32,000 nt of DNA from Vibrio cholerae ATCC 14035 (GCF_000621645.1 NZ_KK211324.1:88921-120920), one strand, 5' to 3'. Shown: positions 1 through 9,877, counted from the first letter of the stretch. Translations and numbers: made by a program. The notes: a model not told the origin generated them from the sequence alone.

Positions 1-954
1 TACCTCTGCGGGTCTAAAATATGCAGGATCCACAGCTACAATAATGTCACCAACCTTGATTGCAGGAGCTTTCGTTCCAATAACTGACTTCACTACAGCT
101 TTTTCATCTACACCCTTACCGACAAATTCTAACTCAATGCCTAGTTCTCGTGCTGACATATCAATAAACTCTCTTACGCTATACTGTACACCTGTAGCAA
201 TAACAAAATCTCTAGGTTCATCTTGCTGTAACATCATCCATTGCATCTTAACGTAATCTTTAGCATGCCCCCAATCTCGAAGAGCGTCCAAATTTCCCAT
301 AAAAAGGCATTTTTCTAACCCTTGCGCAATGTTTGCCATCCCCCGAGTTATTTTGCGAGTTACAAAAGTTTCTCCTCGTCTAGGGGATTCGTGGTTAAAA
401 AGTATGCCATTACACGCGTATATTCCGTACGATTCTCTATAATTAATTGTTATCCAATACGCATACATCTTTGCCACAGCATAAGGGCTTCTAGGATAAA
501 AAGGGGTAGTTTCTTTCTGAGGTATTTCTTGTACTAAGCCATAAAGCTCTGAAGTTGAGGCTTGATAAAACTTAGTTTTTTTCGTCAAACCTAAAAATCT
601 GATTGCTTCTAGTAGCCTTAAAGTTCCAATAGCATCTACGTCCGCTGTATATTCCGGTGACTGGAAACTAACCGCCACATGGGACTGCGCGCCCAAGTTA
701 TAGACTTCATCTGGCTGTACTTCCGCTAATATACGAGTCAAGTTAGAGGAATCCGTAAGGTCTCCGTAATGTAGTTTGAAATTTACATCTTCCTCATGTG
801 GGTCTTTGTAAAGATGATCAACACGTTGTGTATTGAATAAAGATGAACGTCTTTTAATTCCATGTACTTCATACCCTTTTTCTAGCAAAAACTCCGCTAG
901 ATAAGAACCATCTTGTCCAGTAATGCCTGTGATTAACGCAACTTTTTTATTCAT
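1..954 (-). CDS. gmd: GDP-mannose 4,6-dehydratase. The 5-prime end is complete; the 3-prime end is cut by the window edge (318 codons visible).
   Basis: The minus-strand frame is open from ATG (complement of 952-954) to base 1. It is absent from the ORF track because it has no stop in the window. My translation starts [38 protein letters not shown] and continues through [32 protein letters not shown] and [19 protein letters not shown]. These give a Rossmann GxxGxxG, an SDR YxxxK and the Gmd-typical NHESPRRG. The start lies 2 nt after the manB stop. Confidence 0.9.
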   Translation of the reverse strand, partial: MNKKVALITGITGQDGSYLAEFLLEKGYEVHGIKRRSSLFNTQRVDHLYKDPHEEDVNFKLHYGDLTDSSNLTRILAEVQPDEVYNLGAQSHVAVSFQSPEYTADVDAIGTLRLLEAIRFLGLTKKTKFYQASTSELYGLVQEIPQKETTPFYPRSPYAVAKMYAYWITINYRESYGIYACNGILFNHESPRRGETFVTRKITRGMANIAQGLEKCLFMGNLDALRDWGHAKDYVKMQWMMLQQDEPRDFVIATGVQYSVREFIDMSARELGIELEFVGKGVDEKAVVKSVIGTKAPAIKVGDIIVAVDPAYFRPAEV

Positions 955-956
955 TG

Positions 957-2348
957 TTAAATATCCAATTTCTTAATTAATTTAGTAAGCTCTTCAACTT
1001 TATCATTCATCAACGCGATATTTTGTTTAGATTCCACATTCAATCTTAATAAGGGCTCAGTATTTGAATCTCTAAGATTAAAACGCCATCCTTCAAATTC
1101 AAGAGAGATACCATCAATGGCAGAGAAATGTATAGAATTCTCGTAATAATGTAAATAAACTTGCTCCATTATTAGCTTTGCCTGCTTGACCTTAAAATTA
1201 ATTTCACCGCTACATGGAAACAAAAATCTTTTTGCAGATATCAGCTTAGATAAGCTAATATCCGGGGCTAAGGAAAGTAACTCTGTAATCAGAAGCCACG
1301 GAATCATCCCCGAATCACAGTAACCGAAATCACGGAAGTAGTGATGGGCACTCATTTCACCACCGTAGATAGCATCTTCTTTGCGCATACGCTCTTTTAT
1401 AAATGCATGCCCTGTTTTAGACATTACAGGCACGCCACCCGACTTAGTCACCACATCAATGGTGTTCCAGCTTAAGCGTGGATCATGAATAATTTTGGCA
1501 CCTTGCTCTTTCTGTAAAAACGCTTCTGCCAATAAACCTACGATGTAGTAACCTTCAATAAAATCGCCATTTTCATCAAACAAAAAGCAGCGATCAAAGT
1601 CACCATCAAAGGCAATGCCCATATCAGCCTTGTGCTCCTTTACTGCGTTTGCGGTATCAGCACGGCATTCAGGTAACAATGGGTTAGGAATACCATTCGG
1701 GAAGTTACCATCTTCTTCATGATGCACTTTGATAATTTCTAGCGGGATACTCAATTCAATAAATCGTTTTTCCAACTCATCAATCACGTGGCCTGCAGCT
1801 CCGTTACCTGAATTGATGACCAACTTCATTGGTTTAATTTTCGCGGGTGTAATATAAGATATTAAGTGATCTACATATTCTGGAAGTAAAGAAACCTTTT
1901 TGTAGTTACCTTTAACTTCAACGTCCATAAATTCATTCTTTTCAGCCAAAGCTTGAATTTCTCGTAAACCAGTATCACCACTAATGGGTTTTGAACCTTC
2001 ACGAACCAGCTTCATACCATTGTAATCCATTGGGTTATGACTTGCGGTAACTTCAATACCACCATCAACACCAAGGTAGAAGGTTGCAAAATAGATCTCT
2101 TCGGTACCAGTAACGCCAATATCAATAACGTTAATACCTGCATCCATTAAGCCATTAGCTAGTGCTTGTTTAAGCGCTTCGCTGGTTAAACGAACATCAC
2201 CACCTACCACAACTGTTTTATCTGCGTCATTTTCGCTTTTTAAAAACTGCCCATACGAGCGACCAATTCTGTAGGCAATTTCATTATCAAGCTCACTCCC
2301 TAATTGTCCGCGAATATCGTAGGCTTTAAAACAAGTTAACTCTTTCAC
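957..2348 (-). CDS. manB: Phosphomannomutase (alpha-D-phosphohexomutase family)
   Basis: 463-aa ORF. It has the phosphoserine loop [13 protein letters not shown], the metal loop FDGDFDRCF and a [10 protein letters not shown] sugar-binding region. It sits between manC and gmd. Confidence 0.9.
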   Translation of the reverse strand: MKELTCFKAYDIRGQLGSELDNEIAYRIGRSYGQFLKSENDADKTVVVGGDVRLTSEALKQALANGLMDAGINVIDIGVTGTEEIYFATFYLGVDGGIEVTASHNPMDYNGMKLVREGSKPISGDTGLREIQALAEKNEFMDVEVKGNYKKVSLLPEYVDHLISYITPAKIKPMKLVINSGNGAAGHVIDELEKRFIELSIPLEIIKVHHEEDGNFPNGIPNPLLPECRADTANAVKEHKADMGIAFDGDFDRCFLFDENGDFIEGYYIVGLLAEAFLQKEQGAKIIHDPRLSWNTIDVVTKSGGVPVMSKTGHAFIKERMRKEDAIYGGEMSAHHYFRDFGYCDSGMIPWLLITELLSLAPDISLSKLISAKRFLFPCSGEINFKVKQAKLIMEQVYLHYYENSIHFSAIDGISLEFEGWRFNLRDSNTEPLLRLNVESKQNIALMNDKVEELTKLIKKLDI

Positions 2349-2350
2349 TC

Positions 2351-3748
2351 TTATTTATCCTCGAAACGTACTACATCATCTTCGTTTAGGTATGAACCGG
2401 ATTGAATTTCAATAAGCTCTAGCGGGATCTTACCTGGGTTTTCTATCATATGATTTGTACCAATAGGGATATACAAGGACTGGTTTTCCGTGATTACTTT
2501 AACATTACCTTCACAAGTTACCTTGGCAGTACCAGAGACCACTACCCAGTGCTCTGCTCGGTGGTAATGCATCTGCAATGATTGCTTTTTACCAGGCTCA
2601 ACCGTAATACGGTTTACTTTGTAACGCTCGCCTTTATCAATCGCATCAGATTTACCCCAAGGGCGATAACGTTCCCTGTGTTCTCGATATTCAGCTCGGT
2701 TTTCTGCCTTCAAATGTTCAACTATCTTCTTGACTTCTTGTACTTGGTTTTTGTCTGCAACTAACACGGCATCTTTAGTTTCCACCACAACAATATCTTT
2801 CAAGCCAACCGCAGCAACCAGTTTATTTGGGGCGTAGATATAACAATTAGAGGTGCCACTTAAAATGGCATCACCTTGGCATACGTTACCGTCTGCATCT
2901 TTATCAGATACTTCCCATAATGCAGACCAAGAACCTACATCACTCCATCCGGCATCCATAGATACTACCACACCTAGTTTAGTGTGCTCCATAACGGCAT
3001 AGTCGATTGAATCATCAGGACATTTAAGGAACTCTTCTACACCGACACGAATAAAATCGTAATCGTGAGAAAGGCCTTGCATTGCAAGTTCACATTGGCG
3101 ATAGATCTCTGGAGAATGTTGCTTCAACTCATTTAAGAACACGGAAGCTTTAAACATAAAACAACCACTGTTCCAGTAATATTCACCACTGGCTAAATAC
3201 TGCTCAGCAATATTTAACTGTGGCTTTTCAACAAATGAGTTAATTTCATAAGTGCCTTGTGTAACCTCTTCACCCCGGTGAATATAACCATAACCTGTTT
3301 CAGGAGTGGTGGGAACGATACCAAAAGTAGCAAGTTTACCAGCCTCTGCCTGTTGAGCTGCTTGTGAAATAGCAGCCTGAAATGCACTTTTATTTTTTAC
3401 AAAATGATCGGCAGCCAATACTAGCAATACGGGGTCATCCTCCTGTTCGATTGCCGTAAATGCTGCTAAGGCGATCGCAGGTGCAGTGTTCCTTCCTGCT
3501 GGTTCTAAGATAATGCGAGACTTTTTGCCATAACGACGAATTTGTTCCGCAACGATAAAACGATGATCTTCATTCGAAATAACAATGGGTTCAGCAATAG
3601 GTAGCCCCTGTAAACGCTCAATAGTGGCTTGTAGCATAGTATGCTGACTACTGCTATCTAAGGATAAGAATTGTTTTGGAAAAGCCGAACGTGAAAGGGG
3701 CCAAAGCCTAGAGCCGGAGCCACCAGCCATAATTACAGGTATAAACAT
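2351..3748 (-). CDS. manC: Mannose-1-phosphate guanylyltransferase with a C-terminal cupin (type II mannose-6-phosphate isomerase-like) domain
   Basis: 465-aa ORF. The N-terminus [15 protein letters not shown] is a nucleotidyltransferase loop. The C-terminus ([17 protein letters not shown] ... [13 protein letters not shown]) is cupin-like. The gene ends 2 nt before the manB start. Confidence 0.9.
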   Translation of the reverse strand: MFIPVIMAGGSGSRLWPLSRSAFPKQFLSLDSSSQHTMLQATIERLQGLPIAEPIVISNEDHRFIVAEQIRRYGKKSRIILEPAGRNTAPAIALAAFTAIEQEDDPVLLVLAADHFVKNKSAFQAAISQAAQQAEAGKLATFGIVPTTPETGYGYIHRGEEVTQGTYEINSFVEKPQLNIAEQYLASGEYYWNSGCFMFKASVFLNELKQHSPEIYRQCELAMQGLSHDYDFIRVGVEEFLKCPDDSIDYAVMEHTKLGVVVSMDAGWSDVGSWSALWEVSDKDADGNVCQGDAILSGTSNCYIYAPNKLVAAVGLKDIVVVETKDAVLVADKNQVQEVKKIVEHLKAENRAEYREHRERYRPWGKSDAIDKGERYKVNRITVEPGKKQSLQMHYHRAEHWVVVSGTAKVTCEGNVKVITENQSLYIPIGTNHMIENPGKIPLELIEIQSGSYLNEDDVVRFEDK

Positions 3749-3898
3749 CTTTCTCTCACAACAATTAGTTTTATGATTTTATTTGTTCTCAAACCTAGAT
3801 TAGAGCATTGTTGAAAAGCTGATAAACCATTGATAGAAATGGAAATACTTAGCCAACAAAATAATCTATAGATACGTTAGGAGCATTAAGCAACACAG

Positions 3899-3947
3899 GT
3901 TATTGATAATATAGTGGTAGTTTATAGCCATCTTAATTATCAATAAC
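3899..3947. repeat. Perfect 12-bp inverted repeat (gttattgataat / attatcaataac) with a 25-nt spacer, inside the manC leader
   Basis: Read directly: 3899-3910 is the exact reverse complement of 3936-3947. Function is unknown; it could be an RNA hairpin or a protein site. Confidence 0.6.
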
Positions 3948-4012
3948 AACTTATGCTATTGGGTCCGACAGAGTGAAGAACATCAGAGTCCTGCTGTTAT
4001 CATTCAAGTATG

Positions 4013-4020
4013 CTACCGCC
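4013..4020 (-). promoter_or_regulatory. ops core (GGCGGTAG) of a JUMPstart-like element. This is the predicted RfaH loading site for the leftward polysaccharide operon.
   Basis: The plus strand reads ctaccgcc at 4013-4020, so the minus strand reads aagGGCGGTAGCatacttg. The site is about 265 nt upstream of the manC ATG, on the same strand as manC. Confidence 0.7.
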
Positions 4021-4150
4021 CTTGGGTCTCGCTCCCAATAGCGTTCTGTAGGATCTCTTTTGCAACGAAGTCTAAACCAAAACCCCTTACAGGGCGAGCC
4101 CTCAAAAGGCGGAGCTTAGATTTTGTGATTACAGTAAGAAAATGACAGGC

Positions 4151-4156
4151 TATAAT
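4151..4156 (+). promoter_or_regulatory. Candidate -10 hexamer for hldD
   Basis: Perfect TATAAT at 4151-4156, 34 nt upstream of the hldD ATG. I found no convincing -35, so support is weak. Confidence 0.3.
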
Positions 4157-4189
4157 GCGTGCAACTGTTCGCATCTATAGGAATTCATA

Positions 4190-5134
4190 ATGATTATCGT
4201 AACTGGCGGCGCTGGCATGATTGGCAGCAACATTATCAAAGCGCTTAATGAGCGCGGTATCACAGACATTCTGGTCGTCGATCATTTGAAAAATGGTCGT
4301 AAGTTCAAAAATCTGGTTGACCTACAGATCGCTGACTACATGGATCGAGATGACTTCCTAGCTCAGATCATGGCCGGTGATGATTTTGGGTTCATTGACG
4401 CCATTTTTCATGAGGGAGCTTGCTCTGCGACCACAGAGTGGGATGGCAAATATGTCATGCTCAACAACTATGAATACTCTAAAGAGCTGCTGCACTACTG
4501 TTTAGATCGTGAAATACCCTTCCTGTATGCCTCTTCAGCAGCCACTTATGGTGAAACCGATACCTTTATTGAAGAACCGCAATACGAAGGTGCACTCAAC
4601 GTTTACGGCTATTCGAAGCAGCAATTTGATAACTATGTACGCCGCCTATGGCTAGATGCAAAACAACACGACGAAACCCTATCGCAAATAACGGGATTTC
4701 GTTACTTCAACGTATACGGCCCTCGTGAGCAGCATAAAGGCTCGATGGCTTCGGTTGCCTTTCATTTGAACAATCAAATGAACGCGGGTGAAAATCCAAA
4801 ATTGTTTGCTGGCAGCGAGAACTTCAAACGTGATTTCGTTTATGTCGGCGATGTCGCTGCGGTCAATTTGTGGTTTTTAGATCATGGCGTATCCGGCATA
4901 TTTAACTGTGGTACTGGTAAAGCGGAATCGTTCAACGAAGTGGCGAAAGCGGTGATCGCATTCCATGGTCGCGGCGAAGTCGAAACCATTCCATTCCCAG
5001 ACCATCTTAAAGGTGCTTACCAAGAGTTCACTGAGGCTGACCTTACCAAACTTCGCGCTGCTGGCTGTGATGTACAGTTCAAGAGCGTGGCTGAAGGTGT
5101 CGCTGAATATATGGCGCTGATTAATCGTAAGTAA
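4190..5134 (+). CDS. hldD: ADP-L-glycero-D-manno-heptose 6-epimerase
   Basis: 314-aa ORF. It starts [23 protein letters not shown] (Rossmann fold), has the YGYSK catalytic motif, and is HldD/RfaD/GmhD-like along its full length. An AGGA lies 9 nt upstream of the ATG. Confidence 0.92.
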   Translation: MIIVTGGAGMIGSNIIKALNERGITDILVVDHLKNGRKFKNLVDLQIADYMDRDDFLAQIMAGDDFGFIDAIFHEGACSATTEWDGKYVMLNNYEYSKELLHYCLDREIPFLYASSAATYGETDTFIEEPQYEGALNVYGYSKQQFDNYVRRLWLDAKQHDETLSQITGFRYFNVYGPREQHKGSMASVAFHLNNQMNAGENPKLFAGSENFKRDFVYVGDVAAVNLWFLDHGVSGIFNCGTGKAESFNEVAKAVIAFHGRGEVETIPFPDHLKGAYQEFTEADLTKLRAAGCDVQFKSVAEGVAEYMALINRK

Positions 5135-5146
5135 GGGAAACCCTTA

Positions 5147-5215
5147 AACCCTCCTAACCTCCCCCTTAAAGGGGGAGGAACAAAGGGATTGCCTCTTTGT
5201 AGAGGGGATAGATGA
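5147..5215. repeat. C-tract/G-tract hairpin repeat units (cctcccccttaaagggggagg and cctctttgtagagg)
   Basis: Palindromes read directly at 5158-5178 and about 5191-5204. 5147-5179 matches 31809-31841 at 29 of 33 positions in the same orientation. Confidence 0.75.
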
Positions 5216-5292
5216 ATTACCTTCCAAAAGAGAATATGTAAGAAATTAGCCCTGTAAGGGGTGTATTATCAGATGTGGAAATTGGAGTTTAG

Positions 5293-7065
5293 ATGAATAT
5301 TTTGATGGCCCTATCCCAACTCGAAGTAACGGGAGCTGAGGTGTATGCCACTAGTGTAGGTAATGAGCTCACTCGACGTGGCCATCAGGTATTTTATGTT
5401 TCCGATACGCTCACCAAAGCTCACGATGGCCTGTTTTTTAAACTGCGCTTTAATAAACGCAGCATCCCGCGGCGCTTTTGGCATGTCGCCTATCTGGTTT
5501 ACCTGATCAAGAAACATCAGATCCAGTTAGTCCATGCTCACTCACGAGCATCAAGCTGGAGTTGCCATATTGCCTGCCGCTTGACTAATACCCCTATGGT
5601 TACCACGGTCCATGGTCGTCAACCGGTACATGTTTCGCGCAAAAAATTCCATGCAATGGGAGATAAAGCGCTTCCGGTTTGTGAAGCGATACGAGAGCAA
5701 TTAATCAAAGATCTCAATGTACCGGAGAGCCAACTGCACGTAAGCCGTAATGGGATAGAAACAAGTATCTTTAAACGCAGCGCAGCACCCAATAATCCTA
5801 AGCCAGTTATCTCTATCATTGGCCGACTCAGTGGCCCTAAAGGTGAACTTTGCTATAGGTTGCTAACCGAGTGTTTAGACCTCGACCGCTACCAAGTACA
5901 AGTGATCACAGGTACACCGTTAACTGAGCGTTTTAGCGCACTGCAAGATAAAGTCTCATTTCCCGGCTACAGCGCCAACGTTGAACAGATCATGGCTCAA
6001 TCAGATTTGGTGATTGGTGCAGGACGAGTCGCGATGGAGGCACTCCTATGTGGCCGCCCGACCCTTGCGATTGGTGAAGCAAGCTGCGTGGGGATTATCG
6101 AACTGGATAATCTAAACCAAGCCATGGCAACCAATTTTGGCGACATCGGTCCACACGATCTGGCGATAGATTTCCAGCAAATCCCCGCTTTGATTGAGCA
6201 AGGCCTAAGTCAACCGCACTGCACTCAAGAGATCACTGAACAGATCAAGCTTAACTATGATTTACAAGTGATTGTGAATGAGCTTGAAAACCTTTATCAA
6301 ACGTTTTATGTCAACAAGTTACAACGAGAAGTCCCCATCATCATGTACCACCGCTTTATTCGTGATGACAGCGAAAAAGGTGTACATGGTACTTATTTGC
6401 ATGTTCAGCAGCTTGAGAAACATTTTCAGTTGCTTAAAAAGATGGGCTTTGAAACTCTGACCTTCAAAGATCTCTCTGAGAAGGGATTTATTCATCGCTT
6501 ACAACCAGGTAAGCGTTTTATCATAATTACCGTGGATGATGGCTATCGCGACAACTATGACTTGTTACTGCCACTGCTCAAAAAGTATCAATTTAAAGCC
6601 GTGGTGTATGTGGTGACTGGCGAGAATTTTAATCGCTGGGATGTCGAAGTGAGTGACAACCCTGAAAAAGTGGTCCCTTTGATGTCACCGGAGCAAGTTA
6701 AAGCGTTACATGACTCTGGATTAGTAGAGATTGGTGGTCATACGATGACTCATCCCTTTTTGAGTAAGCTCAGTGAATCGGAACAACGCGAAGAAATATT
6801 GCGCAACAAACTCGAACTTGAAGCGCTAATCGGAGAGCCACTGACCTCCTTTGCTTATCCTTATGGTGACCATGATGCAACCTCTAAACAACTGGCTCAG
6901 GATCTGGGTTACCCATTTGCCGTAGCGACCAACAGTGGTCCACTTTTGATGCATCAAGATCCCTATCAAATTCGTCGGATTGCGATTTTTCCAAGAACCG
7001 ACACTTTTGGTCTGTGGCGAAAAGTGAAAGGGAATTATCTATTTAGAAAAATGAACAAAAAATAA
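5293..7065 (+). CDS. Two-domain LPS core enzyme: an N-terminal GT-B (GT4-like) glycosyltransferase fused to a C-terminal CE4/NodB-type polysaccharide deacetylase. I recall the V. cholerae counterpart being called WavL, but am not certain.
   Basis: 590-aa ORF. The N-terminal half has GT-B features (MNILMALSQLEVTGAEVY..., GRVAMEALLCGRPTL). The C-terminal half has the CE4 motifs TVDDGY, HTMTH and AYPYG. Confidence 0.8.
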   Translation: MNILMALSQLEVTGAEVYATSVGNELTRRGHQVFYVSDTLTKAHDGLFFKLRFNKRSIPRRFWHVAYLVYLIKKHQIQLVHAHSRASSWSCHIACRLTNTPMVTTVHGRQPVHVSRKKFHAMGDKALPVCEAIREQLIKDLNVPESQLHVSRNGIETSIFKRSAAPNNPKPVISIIGRLSGPKGELCYRLLTECLDLDRYQVQVITGTPLTERFSALQDKVSFPGYSANVEQIMAQSDLVIGAGRVAMEALLCGRPTLAIGEASCVGIIELDNLNQAMATNFGDIGPHDLAIDFQQIPALIEQGLSQPHCTQEITEQIKLNYDLQVIVNELENLYQTFYVNKLQREVPIIMYHRFIRDDSEKGVHGTYLHVQQLEKHFQLLKKMGFETLTFKDLSEKGFIHRLQPGKRFIIITVDDGYRDNYDLLLPLLKKYQFKAVVYVVTGENFNRWDVEVSDNPEKVVPLMSPEQVKALHDSGLVEIGGHTMTHPFLSKLSESEQREEILRNKLELEALIGEPLTSFAYPYGDHDATSKQLAQDLGYPFAVATNSGPLLMHQDPYQIRRIAIFPRTDTFGLWRKVKGNYLFRKMNKK

Positions 7066-7078
7066 TAAGAGGTTGCAG

Positions 7079-7639
7079 ATGGCTGGCTTTGGTTTAATTG
7101 CAAAATTACGTAATAAAATTCGGGTAAAACCTAACAACAAGATTCAAATAGGTAAAAATACTCGTATCCGCTATTGCGACATTTATGTTAATGGTAATAA
7201 TAACCAACTGATTATCCATAATGGTGCAAATTTAAAAGGCGTCTCTATCGAGCTCAATGGCAACAATTGCCTCTTAGAAATTGGCGAAAATTGCGTGATT
7301 GGCGAAAATTGTTTTTTATCATGCCGAGAATCCGGAACAAAATTAGTGATTGGTAAGGAATGTATGTTTTCGCGCAATGTAAAACTAATGACCAGTGATG
7401 GACATGATATTTTACGTGATGGAAAAAGGATTAATCCGGCTAAAAGTATTTATATAGGTTCTCATGTATGGCTTGCGGATAACGTCACTATTTTAAAAGG
7501 AGTGGATATCGGTTCTGGTTCGATTATTGGCATCAATTCTACGGTAACAAAATCGATTGGCCAGTATTGCATTGCCGCGGGCAACCCAGCGAGAAAAATC
7601 AAAGACAATATTAGTTGGAACACGACCCTGAGCTATTAA
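7079..7639 (+). CDS. Hexapeptide-repeat (left-handed beta-helix) acetyltransferase
   Basis: Repeated [LIV]-G-x4 hexads are present (IGENCVIGENCFL, IGSHVWLADNVTILKGVDIGSGSIIGINSTV). The ORF track starts at TTG 7073. I prefer ATG 7079 because AAGAGG sits 6 nt upstream of it. The gene is low in GC. Confidence 0.8.
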   Translation: MAGFGLIAKLRNKIRVKPNNKIQIGKNTRIRYCDIYVNGNNNQLIIHNGANLKGVSIELNGNNCLLEIGENCVIGENCFLSCRESGTKLVIGKECMFSRNVKLMTSDGHDILRDGKRINPAKSIYIGSHVWLADNVTILKGVDIGSGSIIGINSTVTKSIGQYCIAAGNPARKIKDNISWNTTLSY

Positions 7640-7640
7640 A

Positions 7641-8840
7641 ATGAATAATAAAATAACTAAAACCTCAATTTTCCTTACTATCTCACTACTTTTAATTACA
7701 CCGGGATTTTCTGTTGTAGCGGTAGGATTACTGACTCTCTACTCTAGTGTTAAATTAATTAAAAATGGCTTAAACCTTAATAAATTCGACATTATTCCTC
7801 TTATAACCCTGAGTGCGTATTTTTTGTCAAACTTACCAATTACCATTATTGATGGTGATACTTTAAGATATTTAGATGCAGGCATTCGTGCTCTGTTATG
7901 TATACCTATGTACTTTTTCATTAAGAATGAAATTTCCAAAGGCGCAAATTTAGATAACACACTATGCACATCAACCATATTGGCTTCTTTTGGTGCTTTA
8001 GCGTTTGCTTTTTATCAATTTTTCATATTAAACATGCCACGCGTTGATGGTTTTCTATTTAGTATCAACTTCGGTTATCTCGCAGCAGCTTTAGCTATCT
8101 TATCTTTTGGCTTGTCATTTACACAAACAAGATTCAAATATTATTTGTATCTCTCAGTTGTAGCTGCAACAGTGGCGACAATCTTAACCTTAACAAGAGG
8201 AGCCATTTTAACGCTACTCTTTGTTTTCATCTTGTTCTTTATCGTCAATGTAAGAAAAATAAAATTTAAGCAAACCCTTGTTTTTACTCTAATCAGTTTT
8301 TTATTAGTCTCAGTCAGTTATCAATTTTCACCGCGTATACAAGAACGGGTTGATTTTACAATTTTTGAAATATCCAGCATTGCCAGTAACAATATTCACG
8401 CTGCAGCTTCATCAGGGGGGCGACTTCAACTCTGGTATGCCGCTGTTGAAGCATTTAAACACAATCCAATTTGGGGTACTACGTATTCGGAAAGAGAAAG
8501 CTTAAATATTGAACTTTTTAAAGAAGGAAAAGTGGATGAATGGACGAGCACGGTGCCCAGAGGTCATGCACATAGCCAGTATTTTGAAGCTATAGCTAGT
8601 AATGGAACATTGGGAATTCTGGCGATTTTCGCGATGCTTATCTTACCATTTGGGGTATTTTTAAACGACTATCGAAAAATAGGCTCTCCAATCAGCCAAA
8701 CTGGATACCTTTTTGCCTTTGGGTTTATCATTTTCTGTTTAACTGAAGCACCACTACAAGCCAACCTTATTGGAACTTTTTATGGCTTTATGGTGGCAAT
8801 TTTTTATGCTTACATCGCAGCCAAAAGAGCAAAAAATTGA
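7641..8840 (+). CDS. waaL: O-antigen ligase (WaaL / Wzy_C family polytopic membrane protein)
   Basis: 399-aa highly hydrophobic ORF with about 10 predicted helices. It has a ligase-type loop with LTLTRGAIL and RGHAHSQYFE, and sits immediately upstream of waaF. It is markedly AT-rich. Confidence 0.8.
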   Translation: MNNKITKTSIFLTISLLLITPGFSVVAVGLLTLYSSVKLIKNGLNLNKFDIIPLITLSAYFLSNLPITIIDGDTLRYLDAGIRALLCIPMYFFIKNEISKGANLDNTLCTSTILASFGALAFAFYQFFILNMPRVDGFLFSINFGYLAAALAILSFGLSFTQTRFKYYLYLSVVAATVATILTLTRGAILTLLFVFILFFIVNVRKIKFKQTLVFTLISFLLVSVSYQFSPRIQERVDFTIFEISSIASNNIHAAASSGGRLQLWYAAVEAFKHNPIWGTTYSERESLNIELFKEGKVDEWTSTVPRGHAHSQYFEAIASNGTLGILAIFAMLILPFGVFLNDYRKIGSPISQTGYLFAFGFIIFCLTEAPLQANLIGTFYGFMVAIFYAYIAAKRAKN

Positions 8841-9877
8841 TGAAAATTCTTGTTATTGGCCCTTCTTGGGTTGGCGATATGGTCATGTCACAAAGCTTGT
8901 ACCAGCGCCTAAAACAACAGCATCCTGATGCACAAATTGACGTTTTAGCTCCTGCTTGGTGTAAGCCCATTTTGGAACGCATGCCTGAGGTCAATCAAGC
9001 GATTGAAATGACCATAGGTCACGGTGCTTTCAATCTGCTTGGGCGACGTGCGATTGGGTGTGAGCTGCGCGATAATCGGTATACCCATGCCATTGTGCTG
9101 CCTAATTCAGCTAAATCAGCCTTGATCCCTTGGTTTGCTAACATTCCAAAACGTACCGGCTGGAAAGGGGAATTTCGCTACGGCTTACTCAATGATTTGC
9201 GCCCAGATAAGCGTGTTTTCCAATATATGGTGGAAAGGTATGTTGCTTTGGCTCACCCAAAAGCCACAATGCTTGCCGATGTTTCGTTAGAACATTGCCC
9301 AAGACCTAAACTCGTCATCGACGCCATCGTGCAGCAAGCCGCTCGACAGCGACTCAGCTTAGTCTCATCACGTCCCGTCATTGGACTCTGTCCTGGTGCA
9401 GAATTTGGCCCCGCGAAACGCTGGCCTGATCATTACTACGCTGAAGTCGCTCGTTATGCTATTGAGCAAGGTTTTCAAGTATGGCTTTTTGGCTCAGCAA
9501 AAGATCACTCCGTCACCACCCAAATTCAACAGGCTTTAAGTGAAGAACAGCGGGAATACTGCGCCAATCTCGCCGGAGAAACCTCCCTCATCGAAGCCGT
9601 TGATCTTCTTGCAGCTTGCCATACTGTGGTCAGTAACGATTCTGGTTTAATGCACGTTTCAGCCGCTGTTGGTTGTAACATTGTGGCAATTTATGGTTCA
9701 AGCTCTCCCAAATATACACCACCACTGACGGATAAACTGGCAGTCGTACATACAGAGATCGAATGTCGTCCGTGCTTTAAGCGAGTATGTCCGTTAGAAC
9801 ATTTAAATTGCTTAAATCAACTAAAACCTGCACAAGTCATTAAAGCTTTAGATAAATTTATTGGAAAAGATTCATGA
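8840..9877 (+). CDS. waaF: ADP-heptose:LPS heptosyltransferase II (GT9)
   Basis: MKILVIGPSWVGDMVMSQSLYQ, VLPNSAKSALIPWFANIPKRTGWKGE and NDSGLMHVSAAVG closely follow the WaaF pattern. The ATG at 8840 overlaps the waaL TGA by 1 nt. The ORF track starts at TTG 8837. Confidence 0.88.
   Translation: MKILVIGPSWVGDMVMSQSLYQRLKQQHPDAQIDVLAPAWCKPILERMPEVNQAIEMTIGHGAFNLLGRRAIGCELRDNRYTHAIVLPNSAKSALIPWFANIPKRTGWKGEFRYGLLNDLRPDKRVFQYMVERYVALAHPKATMLADVSLEHCPRPKLVIDAIVQQAARQRLSLVSSRPVIGLCPGAEFGPAKRWPDHYYAEVARYAIEQGFQVWLFGSAKDHSVTTQIQQALSEEQREYCANLAGETSLIEAVDLLAACHTVVSNDSGLMHVSAAVGCNIVAIYGSSSPKYTPPLTDKLAVVHTEIECRPCFKRVCPLEHLNCLNQLKPAQVIKALDKFIGKDS

Noticed and set aside
44-537. Two plus-strand ORFs (70 and 71 aa) at the left edge
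   Set aside because: They lie antisense to the clearly homologous gmd frame. Their sequences are low-complexity with no motifs.
7073-8840. Mobile element or genomic island borders around the low-GC cassettes (also 16609-17568)
   Set aside because: I saw no transposase, integrase, tRNA or terminal inverted/direct repeats at the boundaries. The genes are seamlessly coupled into the operons, so I report only compositional evidence for exchange.
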